This document shows, in pieces, positions 27,301 to 42,192 of a stretch of 64,000 nucleotides of DNA. Position 1 is the first letter of the stretch, and each line of letters begins with the position of its first letter. The translations under genes and the position numbers were made by a program. This DNA is from the human T2T-CHM13v2.0 reference genome, Homo sapiens. The stretch is taken from NCBI RefSeq assembly GCF_009914755.1, contig NC_060927.1. One strand, 5' to 3'. Below the pieces are notes generated by a model. It made no database searches. It saw only the letters and a list, made by a program, of their open reading frames with translations, and was not told the origin of the DNA.

Positions 27301-27538
27301 AGATGTTCTCCCTGAAGCTATTCCATTCCTTCATGAAAATCCAGGGAGTGAAATAAAGTTAGTTTTTGGCAAGTCCCTTTAACTTTTCAGATAATATTCT
27401 GATGGCTTGAGACTCAAATATGGTGTCATGGGGTGGGTGACAGGCCAAGTACAGGGAAACTGAGGTGATGTGTGAGGGAACCGCCATCCATTCATTTTTC
27501 ACCATTCATTTGTGTATTGAATCATTATTGATCATTGA

Positions 27539-27982
<444 letters not shown>

Positions 27983-29147
27983 CACAGTCCATATTCTTAT
28001 GCAGCTTCTGTTTTGCCAGCCAAACCTTACTGAGAAATGAAAGATAACATTTCTGACATGAAACATAAGAAATGAAAAATATGCTTCAGTATACAAAAGT
28101 CCAGTTTATGAAGCTGTGTGTTTGGAGGCCTCACACTGATATTTGTTCATTTATTCATTGACTATTCAAAATACATTTGTACACTGCCGTCTTCTTGGGT
28201 ATATACCCCCTAAGAAACTCTGTTGTCTGTCTTTTCATAAACCCTATGTTTAATGGCAGTTTTATCATTTCATTGCAAGTAAAAATCCTTTCAGAAACAG
28301 GGGCTGTATTTTTCTGTGTCTCTGAGGACTTTTGGAGGTTAATGCTTGGAGAAGGAACTCTTCCTTGGACATTTCCTGAGCCCTGTGGTTTACTTTTAAT
28401 AATTATTTTGGTATGAAATAGTTTGCTGGGTTTTGTGGTTAGTGTCATAAAGTACCTAATTTCCCTAAAGAAAAATAAAGCCTTGACATATTAAAAAAAG
28501 GTTGAATTGAATAAAAGTAAATCTAATTTTTTAAAATAAGTGTCTGTTATTGTAGAAATTTCTTTAATGACAGAAAACAGGCACATGTGTGTGCACACAC
28601 ATATACATCTCAAAACGATACATCTAAGGCCTTGCTTCTCAACAGTTTGTAATTTCCTCCTAGGAAAAAACAAGAATTGCTGCTGCTGTTATTATTCTTA
28701 TGAACTCCATTGATCTAATAACTCATGTTTTTTTTTTTTTTTAAATTAACCACAAATTTTCCTGTAGTGAGGAAGAGGTAAACAGTTTCCTTGATGTTGG
28801 GAAGTCCCTTTTTTAGAAGTGTATAGTCACCGCAAATTAGCTAGGCTGTTAATTTTTTTTTCTTCTTTTCTGTTCTTGTCTAAATAGAAGAATCCATGAA
28901 GCAAATGTATCCTGTGCTGGGCTTATGGAAGAACTTGCGGTTGAACACCACAAAACACAGTTTCCTTGGTCACTCCTTTGTAGTCTGAAATGTTTGAACA
29001 GTTTAATTGTATATGAAATGTCTAAATAGTTTAATTCTTTGACTCATGGGACAGCCAACTCTGTGATCTTTCTGAAGTACTAAAAATACATGAACAGTTG
29101 TTACGACAGACAATGTAAGATTTTGTTTCTTGATCAAGTTTTGTTAG

Positions 29148-29282
29148 ATTTCTCTTCTCTTCTTCCCTCTCCTTTGTTCCCCTCCCATCTCTTCTCTCCC
29201 ATTTCCCTCCCCTTCCTCTCCCCTACCCCCTTTCCCCTTTACTCCCTCTCTTCTCTCCTCTCCCTTCTCCACCTTTTCCTCA
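29148..29282. repeat. C/T-rich low-complexity tract
   Basis: ~135 nt almost purely pyrimidine on the + strand. Confidence 0.85.
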
Positions 29283-30309
29283 ACAGTTAATCTCTTTGAA
29301 CCCTTTGCACCCTTTCGGGGTTGAGGCTCCCTCTTTTATTCTGGCGTTTCCCTCTTTTTCCACATTCTTTAACACTTAACCTTTTCTCTCTATAATTCTT
29401 CCATGCCCAACATTTACTACATTTTTGTGAATAAATCTCTTAAAATATACACTTGATATTAGGATGTTTATTTTTTTACTTGAATTTTGGAAAGTTTATG
29501 TACGAAAGTGCAGTTAAGAATTGGTAGTTTCAAGATGTGGTTTGCTTTTGTGATATGAGAGCAAGTGTTTTTATTTGACTCTAACATGTATCATTTCAAT
29601 TTCTTTTTGTTCTGCTTTCGAGGGTCTCTGCAGGGTCTCAGAGTCCTGGAGGGGCAGAGACCATCTTCAGTGAGGGAGCTCTGAGTGAAGGAAGATCTGG
29701 GAGTTGGCTGTCTTGTGGAAGGTCAGCGTGATGACGTCTCTAGACTTAATCATGCTGAATCCTGTCCCTTGAATTTGAAAGGCTATACAATAATTTTGTC
29801 CTGCTTATCAGAGCCATAAAACCACATTAAGGTATAGATAGAGGGCACAGCTCTTTCACACATGTGTATTGCTAATGGTTCTGAATCTAGTTTTTAAATA
29901 AAGCTTGTCATTTTCTGGGTGTATTGTGGAGACATGTTATAGGAATCATTTGCTGACTCTTCATGTTCATTCTATTTAAACAAACAAGAACCAAGTCTAC
30001 AATATGACATAATTTTGCCTTGTAACTTTTTTTCTGATCTTGCAATTTCCCTTTGTCTTCTTAGCTAACCAATTTAAGTTAGGAAGATAATTGATCTATT
30101 GCCACGTGTTTCTTAACCTCCTCTCCATTTGTAATCCTTTCTTCTCGGTTGGAAGGAAACTAGAATTTAAAAATAACTAATATTTTGATGACCATTTATA
30201 ATTTTATCTAAAATTTTAATGGTAACTTTGATGTTTTAAAGGTATTCCACACCTCAGAATCCCCCTCTAATAATTTTTAAGGATTTCTTCCTTGGGTGGA
30301 GCAAAAAAG

Positions 30310-30560
30310 AATGAGGCCTTCCCTGACCATCTCATGTTATGGTAAATGACAGCTACCTGCTGGTTTCTTGGGTTTTTTTGCAGTGATTAAGAACATTTGT
30401 TATCATGTATTTTAATCATCTGTGTATTTGCTTATTTGTTGTTATCTTTTCCGCTGTATATTACAAGGGCAGGAAGAATGTTAGTTTTGTTCACAATCCT
30501 CTAATATTTAATATGTGCATGGTATGCAACAGACACTCGATAAATATTTGGTGAGTGAAA
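30310..30560 (+). mobile_element. L2 3' remnant
   Basis: gaggccttccctgacca...aagggcagga...ttttgttcac...cactcgataaatatttggtgagtgaa. Confidence 0.65.
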
Positions 30561-30572
30561 AAATGCATCTTT

Positions 30573-30879
<307 letters not shown>

Positions 30880-30931
30880 TAGAAGAATGGATATAGAGCT
30901 GTTATGACTTAGTCCATTTAATATAGACTAA

Positions 30932-31291
<360 letters not shown>

Positions 31292-31361
31292 CATTTTACT
31301 AATTTTTAACTGAAGAGTTGGTTTTCAAATGAGGAATTCATTTGATAATGAGAAAGGTTTT

Positions 31362-31515
31362 TTTTAACTTTGGGGGTCAAGAGCCAATGTATAATTTGAA
31401 GATAAAGGTCCTTTCCCCAGAAAAATGTAGTTAGACCATTACAAATTTTTGCATATAATCATAAGATTTATGGATCTTTAGAGGTGGGTCCTTGAACTCC
31501 AGTACTAAGAACTCA
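31362..31515 (+). mobile_element. MER103C-like element
   Basis: ttaactttgggggtca...ccccagaaaaatg...aatttttgcatataat...taagaact. Confidence 0.6.
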
Positions 31516-32909
31516 GGCTAAGAACTCATATGTAACAGTTCCACTTAATTTTTAGGTTGGGTTTGCAGCAATTTATGAGGATAATAATTCGTGCTGAAGA
31601 TGAAAGACAAAAGTGTCAGATGCCCGGCGAGGACAGTGCTATCCACTAAGGGGTTTAATTCTTGCCTCCATTCTCTCTGAGGCTTTTAAAATAAATAACA
31701 GGATTCTGATAAAGATTGAGCTGTTTCACTTGAGACTCTGTGGGCCTATGGACTTGTAATGAAAACCACAGTTATTGTTAGTTTATTTCCATGTGTAATT
31801 AAAGACAGGAAAAAAATACAAGCCAGTAAAATGAGTAATGCAAGGAAATTCTGATGCACAGCTTCCTTTTGAAGATGGTTTTACACATTCATTCCTGTCT
31901 AGTTCCCTGTTGAAGATTCTTATCTTGGCTGCGTAGATTGTTCAGAATTTTCACCCCATAGGAAAACAACTAAACTGGTTTGCCTCTTCTTGGCTGGGGG
32001 AGCCCTCCAAGCAGGTATTCTGGCTGAGCTAGGCCATATTCTCTCTTAAGTTACATGATTTCACCTATCATGTTGGTTGGTGGTCTTATTGCCTGACTTC
32101 TCTTTTATTTACAATTCCTGTGGTACATTATAGCTTTCTGGAGCCAGGTTAAGAATGAGATAGTCTGCCCCCAACCCCAGGAATGCTTGGATGTTATTTT
32201 CTGGTCTTGGCAACCTAAGGATCTCTTAACTTCTTTAATCTGATTAATGGGGAATTCAGAACTATAGTTACAAAATAGTTTGCCTAAGCTATTACTGCTT
32301 TGATGGAATTAATGATCAAATATTGGCTAATGCCCAAAGCAGATTCGTGAACTGTGCTTAATTTTACATTTCCCTTCTCAAAGGCAATTGTGGAACAAAG
32401 ACCTTTTATGTTGGTTGAACCCAATTAATGAATGGAAATGTAATTTCATTTCTTCTACAACTATGGTTGAATTTGATGAGTCTTGCTTGTCTACAACAAC
32501 ATGCATACGAATATCACTTTGTTTTTACTAAGTGAAGTTATTAAGGCAAAACACTTTTTGTTGAACTTCTATGGTGGATAAGCCACTTTGATACCTTTAT
32601 TTGGGTCAAAATGTTCTTTAAACAGCCTTTGAGGCATTGACCTCATCAAAGCAGTTAATTTTCCAATGACCCATTTTGGAGTAACATGGACACAATGGCA
32701 GCTTCTCTAGACTTGATCTAAAGTGTAGCATAGTTGGTAACTAAGCTTCGTGATTGCAAATGCCAGAGACTGTTAAGAGCTGGTTGTATATTTGATGACT
32801 CTGTTTGTTTAGCAGTTTGTTAGAAGCTACTTGGTTGATCTTGGCTTTTTGCCTGATGTACATATGTATATATATAAATATAATATGTAAATAATATATA
32901 GACTTAACA

Positions 32910-32967
32910 GGTCAGCCTGTTTTATAAATAAAAATGGGAGCATTGCTCAGAAAATGGCAAAAGAATG
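32910..32967 (+). repeat. Direct doublet copy A (partner 34081-34139)
   Basis: ggtcagcctgttttataaataaaaatgg(g/a)agcattgctcagaaaat; 45 of 46 identical, offset 1171 bp. Confidence 0.92.
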
Positions 32968-33172
32968 AGACATAGTATGTATTTATATATACAGATATAA
33001 AATATAAAAATATAGATAGTATAATATATAATATAAAAATATATAAATATATATATAAAATTAGAGTGTTCTGTTACAAGATTTGTACTCATTAATAAGT
33101 CAATCAATTTTAATGACTACTTGATATAATTGTAAAAGTATTTACAGGGGATTCAATGATGAACTGAAACCA

Positions 33173-33299
33173 GAATAACCGTACAAGTTTTAGTTCAGTT
33201 ATATGCCTTTGAGAGTCAAGGGGGGCACTTTTAAGTACTCTAGGGCAGCAGGTATAAACTGGAACTATCTCAGGAAAGTTGAGATGAATGGTCACTGTA
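33173..33299. mobile_element. MER81 (hAT-Blackjack) MITE
   Basis: tttgagagtcaaggggggcac...caggtataaactggaact...atggtcactgta. Confidence 0.7.
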
Positions 33300-33980
33300 A
33301 TTAAAGCATACATATTCTCTGTCATGGGGCTTGCAGGCAACGGGGGAGACATAGACAAATCCAATAATCAGATAGTGAATACCAATTTATAGCTGTAAAA
33401 AAATGATAAAGTGCATATAGTAAGAGGAGTTGATCTGGTCATGGGTTAGGGAAGGCCTCCCTAGGGAGGTAAAGTGTTTGCTGAGCTCTGGAAGAAGAGT
33501 AGGAGTGGAGTAGGGGAGAAGGGAGTACGGTGTGACCAAGGAATTGCCAGAAGACCAGGGAGACTCACTCATGGACATCAGAGCAGAGCCTGGTGAGGGA
33601 AGAGGCTAGGAAGCTGGGTAGGGTTCACACCATGCAGGACCTTGACCTCCCTGGGAAGGGTTTAGATCTTTACCCTAACTGCCATGGGAAGCCATTACAG
33701 ATTTTAGTGGAGGAGGTGAGGGGGAGGGATTTTTAGATGGGTGAATCACATGATCAGATGTGCTTTGGGAAAAGATCATTTGGGCTGTAATGTGGAGAAG
33801 AGATTGAACAGGGATGGGTAGGGTGAAGTGGGGCTGGGGACAAAAGTAAGTTTGGGGAGAGTGGTTCAGTGGCTTTGCATTAATCCAAGTGGGAGACTAT
33901 GATGACTTTAGAGTAGTAACAGTGGGGTGGAGCATATGGATAAATTTAAGAGATATTTTGGAGCAAACTCAACAGGACTC
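33300..33980 (-). mobile_element. L2 LINE remnant
   Basis: agggaaggcctccctagggaggt...atgggaagccatt...aaagatcatttgggctg...agagatattttggag. Confidence 0.85.
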
Positions 33981-35519
33981 TTCCAAACTTAAGAGTTTGG
34001 AAACAGACTCTTATGGTGAAGGAAGGGTATTTAAAATTATTTTGTGCCTCCTATAATAATATTACAGTTTTGTTGTGTCTGGTCAGCCTGTTTTATAAAT
34101 AAAAATGGAAGCATTGCTCAGAAAATAGGATAAGGAATGGGGTGAATGTGGGGGAGAGTACAGAGTTTTAAGTTGTTAGGCAAGAGTTGAACTGTAGCAT
34201 GATCTCAACCAGTATTGCTGTGTCACTGATTTCTTACCCTGATCTCTGCTCAATTAGCCTTTTGGACAGCAGGTCCAAGATATCATTTAGGATGCCAGAA
34301 CAATAATCTTCTAAATAATACCCTGGTGCCTTGAAGGAGTTAAGGTATGGATTCCCAGATGCTTTATCTATAACCAGCCTGCATCTTAGACTTTGGGCCC
34401 AACTGGTAGATCACATAATTCTTTTATAAGGCTGTTGCTCATATTAAAGTATGATGTAATAAAGGTTATGAATTAAAAACAAAAACCTACAGGGTCACAT
34501 GAATGTGTATAAACATCAATGAACTAAGTACATTTTTTTTTTTTTTTTGGCAGAAGACTTGCTATTGCGTATAACATAGCATCAGGCTGACAATGGTATT
34601 TAAATGTAAATGTTAGCCAAGTAATGAGATGTTGTTGTTTGCTTCTTTTGTGGGCTTTGGATTCTTGTGTCATTCATTCTGCCTTTATTGATCTACATGG
34701 CTTTTAGCATTATGGCATTCTAAATTTCTGAAGATAATACCATGAACATTCTTCCAAAAATATTCTCAGTTAAACAAGAAGCGGAGACTCTCTTATGCGT
34801 CTCTCTTCTTTTGCTTCTCTCTTGAATCTTGACAAATTATGAAATTTCAACTCTAGTTTATACTTAGAGATTCTGTTTTCATTAGCAGTCTCTTTTGCTT
34901 GAGTTGAGGTGAGGAAGGATGTTGTTAGAAATTCTCATTTTCACCTACTGGCTCTTTCTTTTTCAGTTTTCTTGTATGTGCCCTAAGCTGAGTATTCATT
35001 TTAAGCACGCTCATCTACCCTTGGTCCTCTGTCCTGAGCCTCATACTGACTGGCCAGAAAAACTGGATGTTATTTTTCAAAAGCTTAGTACAGATTTTGA
35101 TATCTTGTTGCAGCATTTGATACTAAGAATGACTGAGGCCGGTGTTCAGGGATGCTGCAGGTGGTTTTGATTACTGATTGCCAATTCATGTCTTTACAAA
35201 GCGTTGTGTCATATTTTATCTTAAATGTGGTTAATTTTTTTTCCATTCATTTCTTAAATCTTTCACACTGAATTGGATAGGTTTTTGAAGTTCAAACTGC
35301 GTTTGCTGTAAGCTGGGTTCTTGGATTGCTGTCCAGTGTGAGCTTGGGCAGTCCAGGGATTTATTTGATGGCGGTGTGCTCAGCTTTTGAAATTAAGTAA
35401 TAGAAGTAGGATTTAAAATAACTTTTTTAACATACTAGTTTTGATCTTTTATCAAAAGATCAGTTTTGATTAACTCCCTGAAAAGACATGTAATTTCAAC
35501 ATTATCTGTGTGATAGGTG

Positions 35520-35755
35520 GAACACATATATTGCTTTAAGTCTACTAGTCTTAGCTTAAAAATCCTTATCAGTGACAAGGAAATAATAATGCCTACCTTC
35601 AGAGGCCACTGTGAGGGATAAATGAGGCCATTCATGCAGTTGTTCATTTGACAGATATTTACGAAGCATCTGCAGTGTACATGGGACTGGTGCTTAACAC
35701 TGGAAATGACAGAGAACAAAATCAAATCTTTGGCCTTCATGGAGCTTATATTTTA
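35520..35755. mobile_element. MIR (+) fragment followed by an L2 3' end (-)
   Basis: aataataatgcctaccttcagagg...gtgagggataaatgag; cattcatg...cagatatttacgaagcatct...ccttcatggagcttatattt. Confidence 0.65.
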
Positions 35756-35957
35756 CCTAATATTTGTAAAATGCATGATAGATGATCAATAAATCATAGC
35801 TCTAATTGTCACTACCTAAAATTTGGATAAAACTTTGAGATCTAAAATATATTGTTAAATGATTTCAGGTCTTCCCTTATTTTAACTTCAAATTAAATTA
35901 GAGATGTTGAAGAAGTTCTGTAGATATATTCTGCACATTAATTTTAAGGTTCTAAAG

Positions 35958-36135
35958 CAGTGGTTCTGAACTCTGACAACACATTAGAATGACCCTGGAG
36001 GCTTTTCAAATACTGAAATACCAGCGTTGGGAAGCTTCTCTCAGAGATTCTGATGGTGGTCTAAGGTGGGCACTGGTATTTGTTTTAAAAGCTCCTAAGG
36101 TAATTCTATTGGGCAGCTAGGGTTGAGACTCTCTG
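35958..36135. mobile_element. MER5A/B MITE
   Basis: gcagtggttctgaac...cacattagaatgaccctggag...cagagattctgat...gcagctagggttgagac. Confidence 0.8.
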
Positions 36136-37760
36136 AAATACTTTACGAGTATTTACATGTTATGGCTATTTATGTATCAAGGTACATAGCTTGATATGAG
36201 AGAAGGGCTATGGCATTTGCTATGGATTGGACAAGTTTGATGATAGGTTTCCGAGCAAAATATATGGCTTCTGAGAACCCAGGTGCATGGACTGTAGGCA
36301 TGACTGCCACAGTGCATCTCTGTCCCCTGGATCAATCACTGTACCACAAAGCCCTCAGTATTCTCATCCATAAAGTCTGGTTAAATGCAGTGAGGATGCC
36401 TGCCAATACTAGCAGTTTGCTGCTCTACAGGGTATTGATTTAATACCCCAGTATATGAATTATCTGTTTCCCAGAATGGTTTCCAGCCTGCTGCCTCGTT
36501 CCCTTCCTTTGCCACAGCTAATCAAGCCAGTGGTGAACATTCAGTCAAAGCCTGCCAGATCTTCAGCTGGCAAACACACAGCTAACTCATTCTGGAGAGA
36601 CTTTGAGTAATGATGCAAATGTCATTATCATCTGGGAAGCATAGAATGACAAGGAAGGTATGGGAGAGCTTGATTACCACCTTGGTCTTTGTGTGATTTG
36701 AGGAAGACTGTGTACACAGAGAGAATCCTAGAGTAGGTGTGTGAGGCAAGGTGCATGCACATTCCACAGGGCTGCAACTCGATGGCCCATGAGACAGAGA
36801 GACGGACAGGAGAGCTTTGTCCCTGGCCTGGTTCCAGTTCCAGTCCTCAGGGCCCCACCTGTATTTAATTCTGTCCTTGGGCAACTGAAATTTCTTGCTG
36901 TTTCCTTATCATTCCTCCTTCCTTGTACTTCCTTCAGTGGGTTTCTGTCCTTATGCAACCCCAGATGCTTTGAGTAGAACATTAGATTAGTAGAAACTTT
37001 TCAGTAACCAGTGGGGCAGTACTAAAAATAGAAATGGGGTAAGGAGAATAAGCAAAAGAGTGTGATGTTGTGGAAAGAATGAAGACAGTAAGTTATAGTC
37101 TTAGCTCTGTCCCAAAATAGCTCAATGACCTTCCCCAAGGTGCTTGACTCTCCCAGGTTTGTCTAAAATGGAAATGGTGCAGTCTCATAGGGCTGGGGTA
37201 ATGAAAAAAAAATAGATTATAGTTGTAGAAATGCCTTGAAAAGGTAAAATGGCACACCAGTAAGGAGATCATCTCGTATCCCCTCAGACATTTAGACAAT
37301 GTGAGATTTGAGTTGTTTGCTTTCAGAGACAGAGCTAGGAGAGAAGAGAAACTGAGTCATAATAAAATATGCCTGAGGGGCAAAGTTTTTAAGTGTTCAT
37401 TGAATTCTAAATGGAATACTTCTTTACTTCTGTCAACTTTTAATTTTCACAGCTTTATTATTCTCCCAATGGCTATTATTTCTTTCTCAGAATTTCTGAT
37501 TATTTGCTGCCTCAGTTGTCTCAGTTTTTCAAATATATATTTTTAGATAGAGTTCAATTTTTTCATGAGGTTCTGCTCACAATGCGGGTGACATAGTTCT
37601 TTGTGTTATGAATTCGTGATAAAGTTACTGATTTTCTTTCTTTGCATTCAGCAAAGAACAAGAATTAGGGCATGCATGTAAACGATTTGGTTGGTTGGCC
37701 TTCTTGTCCTCACTTGGCATATCCTAAAATCATTTTATTGTCTCCTACATAGTGGATTGG

Positions 37761-38432
37761 GCAATGGGAAAGGTTTACAATTGGAAAGGAAAGTTGGTGT
37801 AGGTCTTTCCAGCAGTAAAATCTATTAAAGATCCTTTTACTTTTGCCTCTCACATAAAACGAATGTGTAAGTGGCTCTGAGAAAGGTAATGATATTAATG
37901 CCCAAATGTACACTTAAATGTACTATTATAAGTGTACTTACTATGAGCCACTTACAATGTACTATTCCAATTATACAATTGGAATAGAAAGGGTGTCAAG
38001 CATTCAGGACTGAGGAAAATTGGCCTGGCAGTGAACAGGCTTACTTTTGGACACTGACATTAAACCTGACTCAGAAGATTTTCTCATTCCTTAATGTTAC
38101 TCTTCAAGATAACTTTTCATTGACACAGTTAGGTAGCTAAGGGAAGATAAAGTAAAATCAAAGAAAGATTGGATCTGTCAGTAGGTTGAATGTGCACAAA
38201 AGCTTTCCGCTCTTTTGCTTCCATTATGCATTTACACCAAGTGGAATAAGTCTCCCTCTGGGAAGCGCTGTTGCAATTCTCAGTACCTTTGGGCATTAAT
38301 ATCATTCCCTTTCTCAGAGTCACTTACAAATTCAGCTTATGTGATAGGCAAAAGTTTAAGGATTTTTGGTAGAGTTTACTGCTGGAAAGACCTAGGCCAA
38401 CTTTCCTTGCATTCCAAACTGTTTCATATTGC
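37761..38432. repeat. ~150-bp inverted repeat pair (37761-37911 / 38283-38432) with a 371-nt spacer
   Basis: Manual alignment gives 16 mismatches over ~126 ungapped nt. Also visible as near-identical opposite-strand peptides (WALIS.PFSE.LT...YCWKDL). Confidence 0.92.
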
Positions 38433-39225
38433 TTTAGTGGAAAAGGAAGATCACTGCTACTTGTAGATCTGACATTGGAACACAAGTCTCTTGAATCATT
38501 AGCTTTTCTGGAGTTACGCAGCTTTTGTATATTTGAGATTTCTTTAAAAGGTGTAAAGTTCATTTTCAGTGAAGTATGAATGGAGTATACAATACCGTTC
38601 TTTTTAACAACTGACAAATTGATTAGCATTTATTGAATTAAATCTAGTTGAAAGTCAGTAATTTTTAAAGAGTGCCTTTTAAAAAATTGGTGTTATGAAC
38701 AAAAAGTGAGAATACTTAAGGATCTTAGATAAAATTGTGAAATGGACTTAACTAGGCAATGAAAGATTGCGAATCCATTACTTTCTGGAGACCCCTTAAA
38801 ATCTATGGGAACTTAATGGAGGGCCACTAGGTGTTTAGATGTCCCTGGAAGATATTAGATGCCTATCAACAATATGGTTCATCATTGTTTCATATGCCCT
38901 TCAGTCCATGAGGTAAATGGTGGTATGGCTGGCTCATGGGAACTAGGGAAAACATTATATGCTATTGGTCAGGTCACTGTGTCACTGGGCAGCTTCTTGA
39001 TTTCCTTTTCGACCTATTTCCTGTTTATAAAAAAAAAAAAGTGCAACTCTCTGCCACTGCGGTATTCTCAGGTCAAATAGGAAACAGGTTAAATAATCAA
39101 TTCTCCATATACTTTTGGCCATCTTCCCAAATGTAATGAGTTCACAGTGTCTGATGACCCAACCTTGTGGTATAGTTTATAAGGAACAACTTAAGTATTG
39201 ACTCATTCATTCATTCATTTAATAA

Positions 39226-39524
<299 letters not shown>

Positions 39525-39619
39525 CCATTCTATCTTTTTTAACTTGCCAGCTTTACTGCCATTTGTGTGTGTGTGTGTCTGTGTGTGTAGTCTGAAATTT
39601 TGGTATCTTTGTATACCAA

Positions 39620-40196
39620 AGAGGCATGCCAGTTATTAATCTACTGCGGCATGTAAAAAGAAGGTGCAAGCTTCCAGGTGTCCCCTCCCAGTGGAGTCAC
39701 ATGGAGATTTGCTTGATTCTCCCGGCAACAAAGGCTAAGTATTACCAGCCAGGAAAGCTCACTGGCACTTTGATGTTCAGGGATTTTACTGGAGATCATA
39801 TAGTGTCTGTGTAACTGACCTCAACTACTTAAGACTTCGGCTCTTCTTTTCTCCCTGGGCAAAAACAGGTGTTTGCCCTAAATCGCACTGTAAGGATAAA
39901 CTTTTCTGGTAAACTGGTACAGGATGGCTCGGGGCCTCAGGTTTATAAAAACAGATGCTAACCATAAATACAGTGGGGCCCAGGGCCTCAGGCATACAAA
40001 AACAAATGTTTACCATAAATACAATATGACCCAAGACCTCAGACATACAAAAACACTGAACGAAGCAGAATATTCCAAGGGTTCAGAGGTTATCTCCTAG
40101 GAGTTAACAAGGTCCAGTCCTGAAGATAGGCCTTTCTTTGGTATGTGCAGAGTTCTAGCAACCCAGGCCTACCAAGTTAACCGTTTCCTGCTCACA
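39620..40196 (-). mobile_element. MER21C/MER77-type LTR, partial
   Basis: ctcccagtggagtcacatgg; repeated gggcctcaggcatacaaaaac...accataaat subunits; ggttcagaggttatctcc...ggcctttctttgg. Confidence 0.85.
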
Positions 40197-40209
40197 TTGT
40201 CTAGTAATA

Positions 40210-40664
40210 AGGTTGACTCTGGACAACACAGGTCTGAACTGCTTGGGTCCACCTGTACGTGATGTTTCTTCTGCTTCTGCCACTTCGGAGTCTGCAAGAC
40301 CAAACTCCCTCTTCCTTCTCCCCCTCAGCCTACTCAACATGAAGATGATGAGGATGAAGACCTTTTTGATGATCCACTTTCACTTAATGATTAGTAAATA
40401 TCTTTTCTTTCTTGTGATTTTCTTAATAACATTTTCTTTTCTCCGGCTTACTTTATTGTAAGAATACAGTGCACAATAAATGTAATATACAAAATATGTG
40501 TTAATTGACTATTTATATTATTGGTAAGCCTTCTGATCAACAGAAGGCTATTCCCCGTTGAGTAAGTTTTGGAGAGAGTCAAAAGTTATATGTGGATTTT
40601 TGACTGTGTGTGTGGGGTAGGGGAGTTGGCATCCCTAACCCCTACATTGTTCAAGGGTCAACTG
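40210..40664 (+). mobile_element. Tigger2a (TcMar-Tigger) with TA TSDs
   Basis: TIRs aggttgactctggacaacac / ttgttcaagggtcaactg flanked by TA; internal cagcctactcaacatgaagatgatgaggatgaagacc. Confidence 0.9.
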
Positions 40665-40669
40665 TATTT

Positions 40670-41455
40670 TATTGAATGCTAGTCATTGTGAATGTTATGC
40701 TGTGTGTCTCTGGATTTTATCATTTTGTAAGGAGTGTTGAATTTTGTTCTGGAAAGTGGATCATTTCCTTGGGATCAGCTTGATTCTTTCAAGGGCTGTC
40801 TTTAAATTTTCTGAGAGTGGATCTAAAGTCGTCTTATTGTAGGCTTAGTTTAGCCCTATACCCAAGTGTGGTCTTTCTGGGATCTCTACAGAACACTCCT
40901 GGTGTTTAAAGAAGTCTCTCCACTTCTGCAGGTTGGAACTTGAATGTTTCCCAGCCCTTGATGAGCTCTGAAAGTTGTTCAGTTTATAACTTTATTACAG
41001 ATGCTCTCTTCCTGGTAGTCATTCTTTCTCTAGTAGTTGCTGTTTGCCCAGGACAGTGACATCTCACCCTCTGCATATACACATTACTATTCAGCCAAAG
41101 ACTCAGGGACACACCTAGAAAGACTTCTAGGTCTCTTCCTTTGTTGTACTGTGGCCTGCATATTCCAGCCATCTCATTCTCCCCAAATGTAAACCGTTTC
41201 TTTCCATGTCATTGAGACTCCTCTGTGCTGCTCAGGTTCCTTCTCTCTGCTGCACCATCTGGAAAGTATTTCTAGACAGAAAGCATAGGTGATCACACTG
41301 CTCATCTCATTTGTTTTTCTTCCTTTGGGAACCACAGTCGTGAACTGTTGTTTAATAACTGAAAACTCTTGTTTCATATATTTTTGTCTGATTTTCTAGT
41401 TGATTGTAGTGGGAGAAATAATCTGGTACCAGCTGCTTTTCATGGCTGAAGTGTA
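40670..41455 (-). mobile_element. Old L1M 5'-region remnant
   Basis: attgaatgctagtcattgtgaatg...gagtgttgaattttgttctgg...tgaaaactcttgtttcatatatttttgtc. Confidence 0.7.
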
Positions 41456-41484
41456 ATTTACTCTAACAATTTTTATGTAAGACC

Positions 41485-41695
41485 AGGGGTTTGAGAATCA
41501 GACATGTGGACTTCGGATTTGGTTCCCAGCATTTGCTAAGTTTTGATCTTTGGCAATTAGTTAACATCTCTCTGACTTAGCTGCTTTATTGTAAAATGGG
41601 CATGGTAGTACCTAATTCATAGGGGTTTATGAGCATTATTTGTGATAGTGCAAGTAAAATGCTTAGTATAGTTCCTTACACATATTAAGGCTCAT
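41485..41695 (+). mobile_element. MIR SINE
   Basis: gaatcagac...gtaaaatgggcatggtagtacctaattcataggg...gtaaaatgcttag. Confidence 0.8.
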
Positions 41696-42192
41696 TCATT
41701 GATGATGATGATGATGTTGATAATGGTGGTGGTGGTCGTGGTATTCAGCTGTCTGTATTTTCACTATAAGTGAGGATGTTACATAGAAAAAAATGCTTTT
41801 GTTATGTTACAAAGTGAAAGTGCTGCAAGTCTTGTGGCAGTTAATTGTCACAAATGTGATAGGATCAAGGAGAGCTTAGACACTCTTCCTTTTCACTGCT
41901 TGCAGAACAGTCACAGAAGTTACAGAAAAATTCATTGATGACTTCTGGGTGTGGTAGCCAGAAGAGTTGATGCTTTTTCTGAAAATACTCATATAAGTTT
42001 AGGGATACAAAGCTCCTGAAGACTGTATTTAAAATGCCTTTAAAAGTGAACCTGATTATATCTTTAATGTTTTGCTTTTTAAGCTGTGTGGTGCAAACAT
42101 AGGTGTGTTTATTATTATTTTTTATTCTATTTGATATTTTGATATACCTGAAATGGTTCATAATTTTCCAAACCTGTCTCACCCCCTCAAAA

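Noticed and set aside
28155-28448. 97-aa minus-strand ORF ending near an aataaa
   Set aside because: No recognisable homology or splice context; the length is within chance expectation.
29148-29282. Polypyrimidine tract as H-DNA
   Set aside because: Irregular, with no clear long mirror repeat; a common low-complexity feature.
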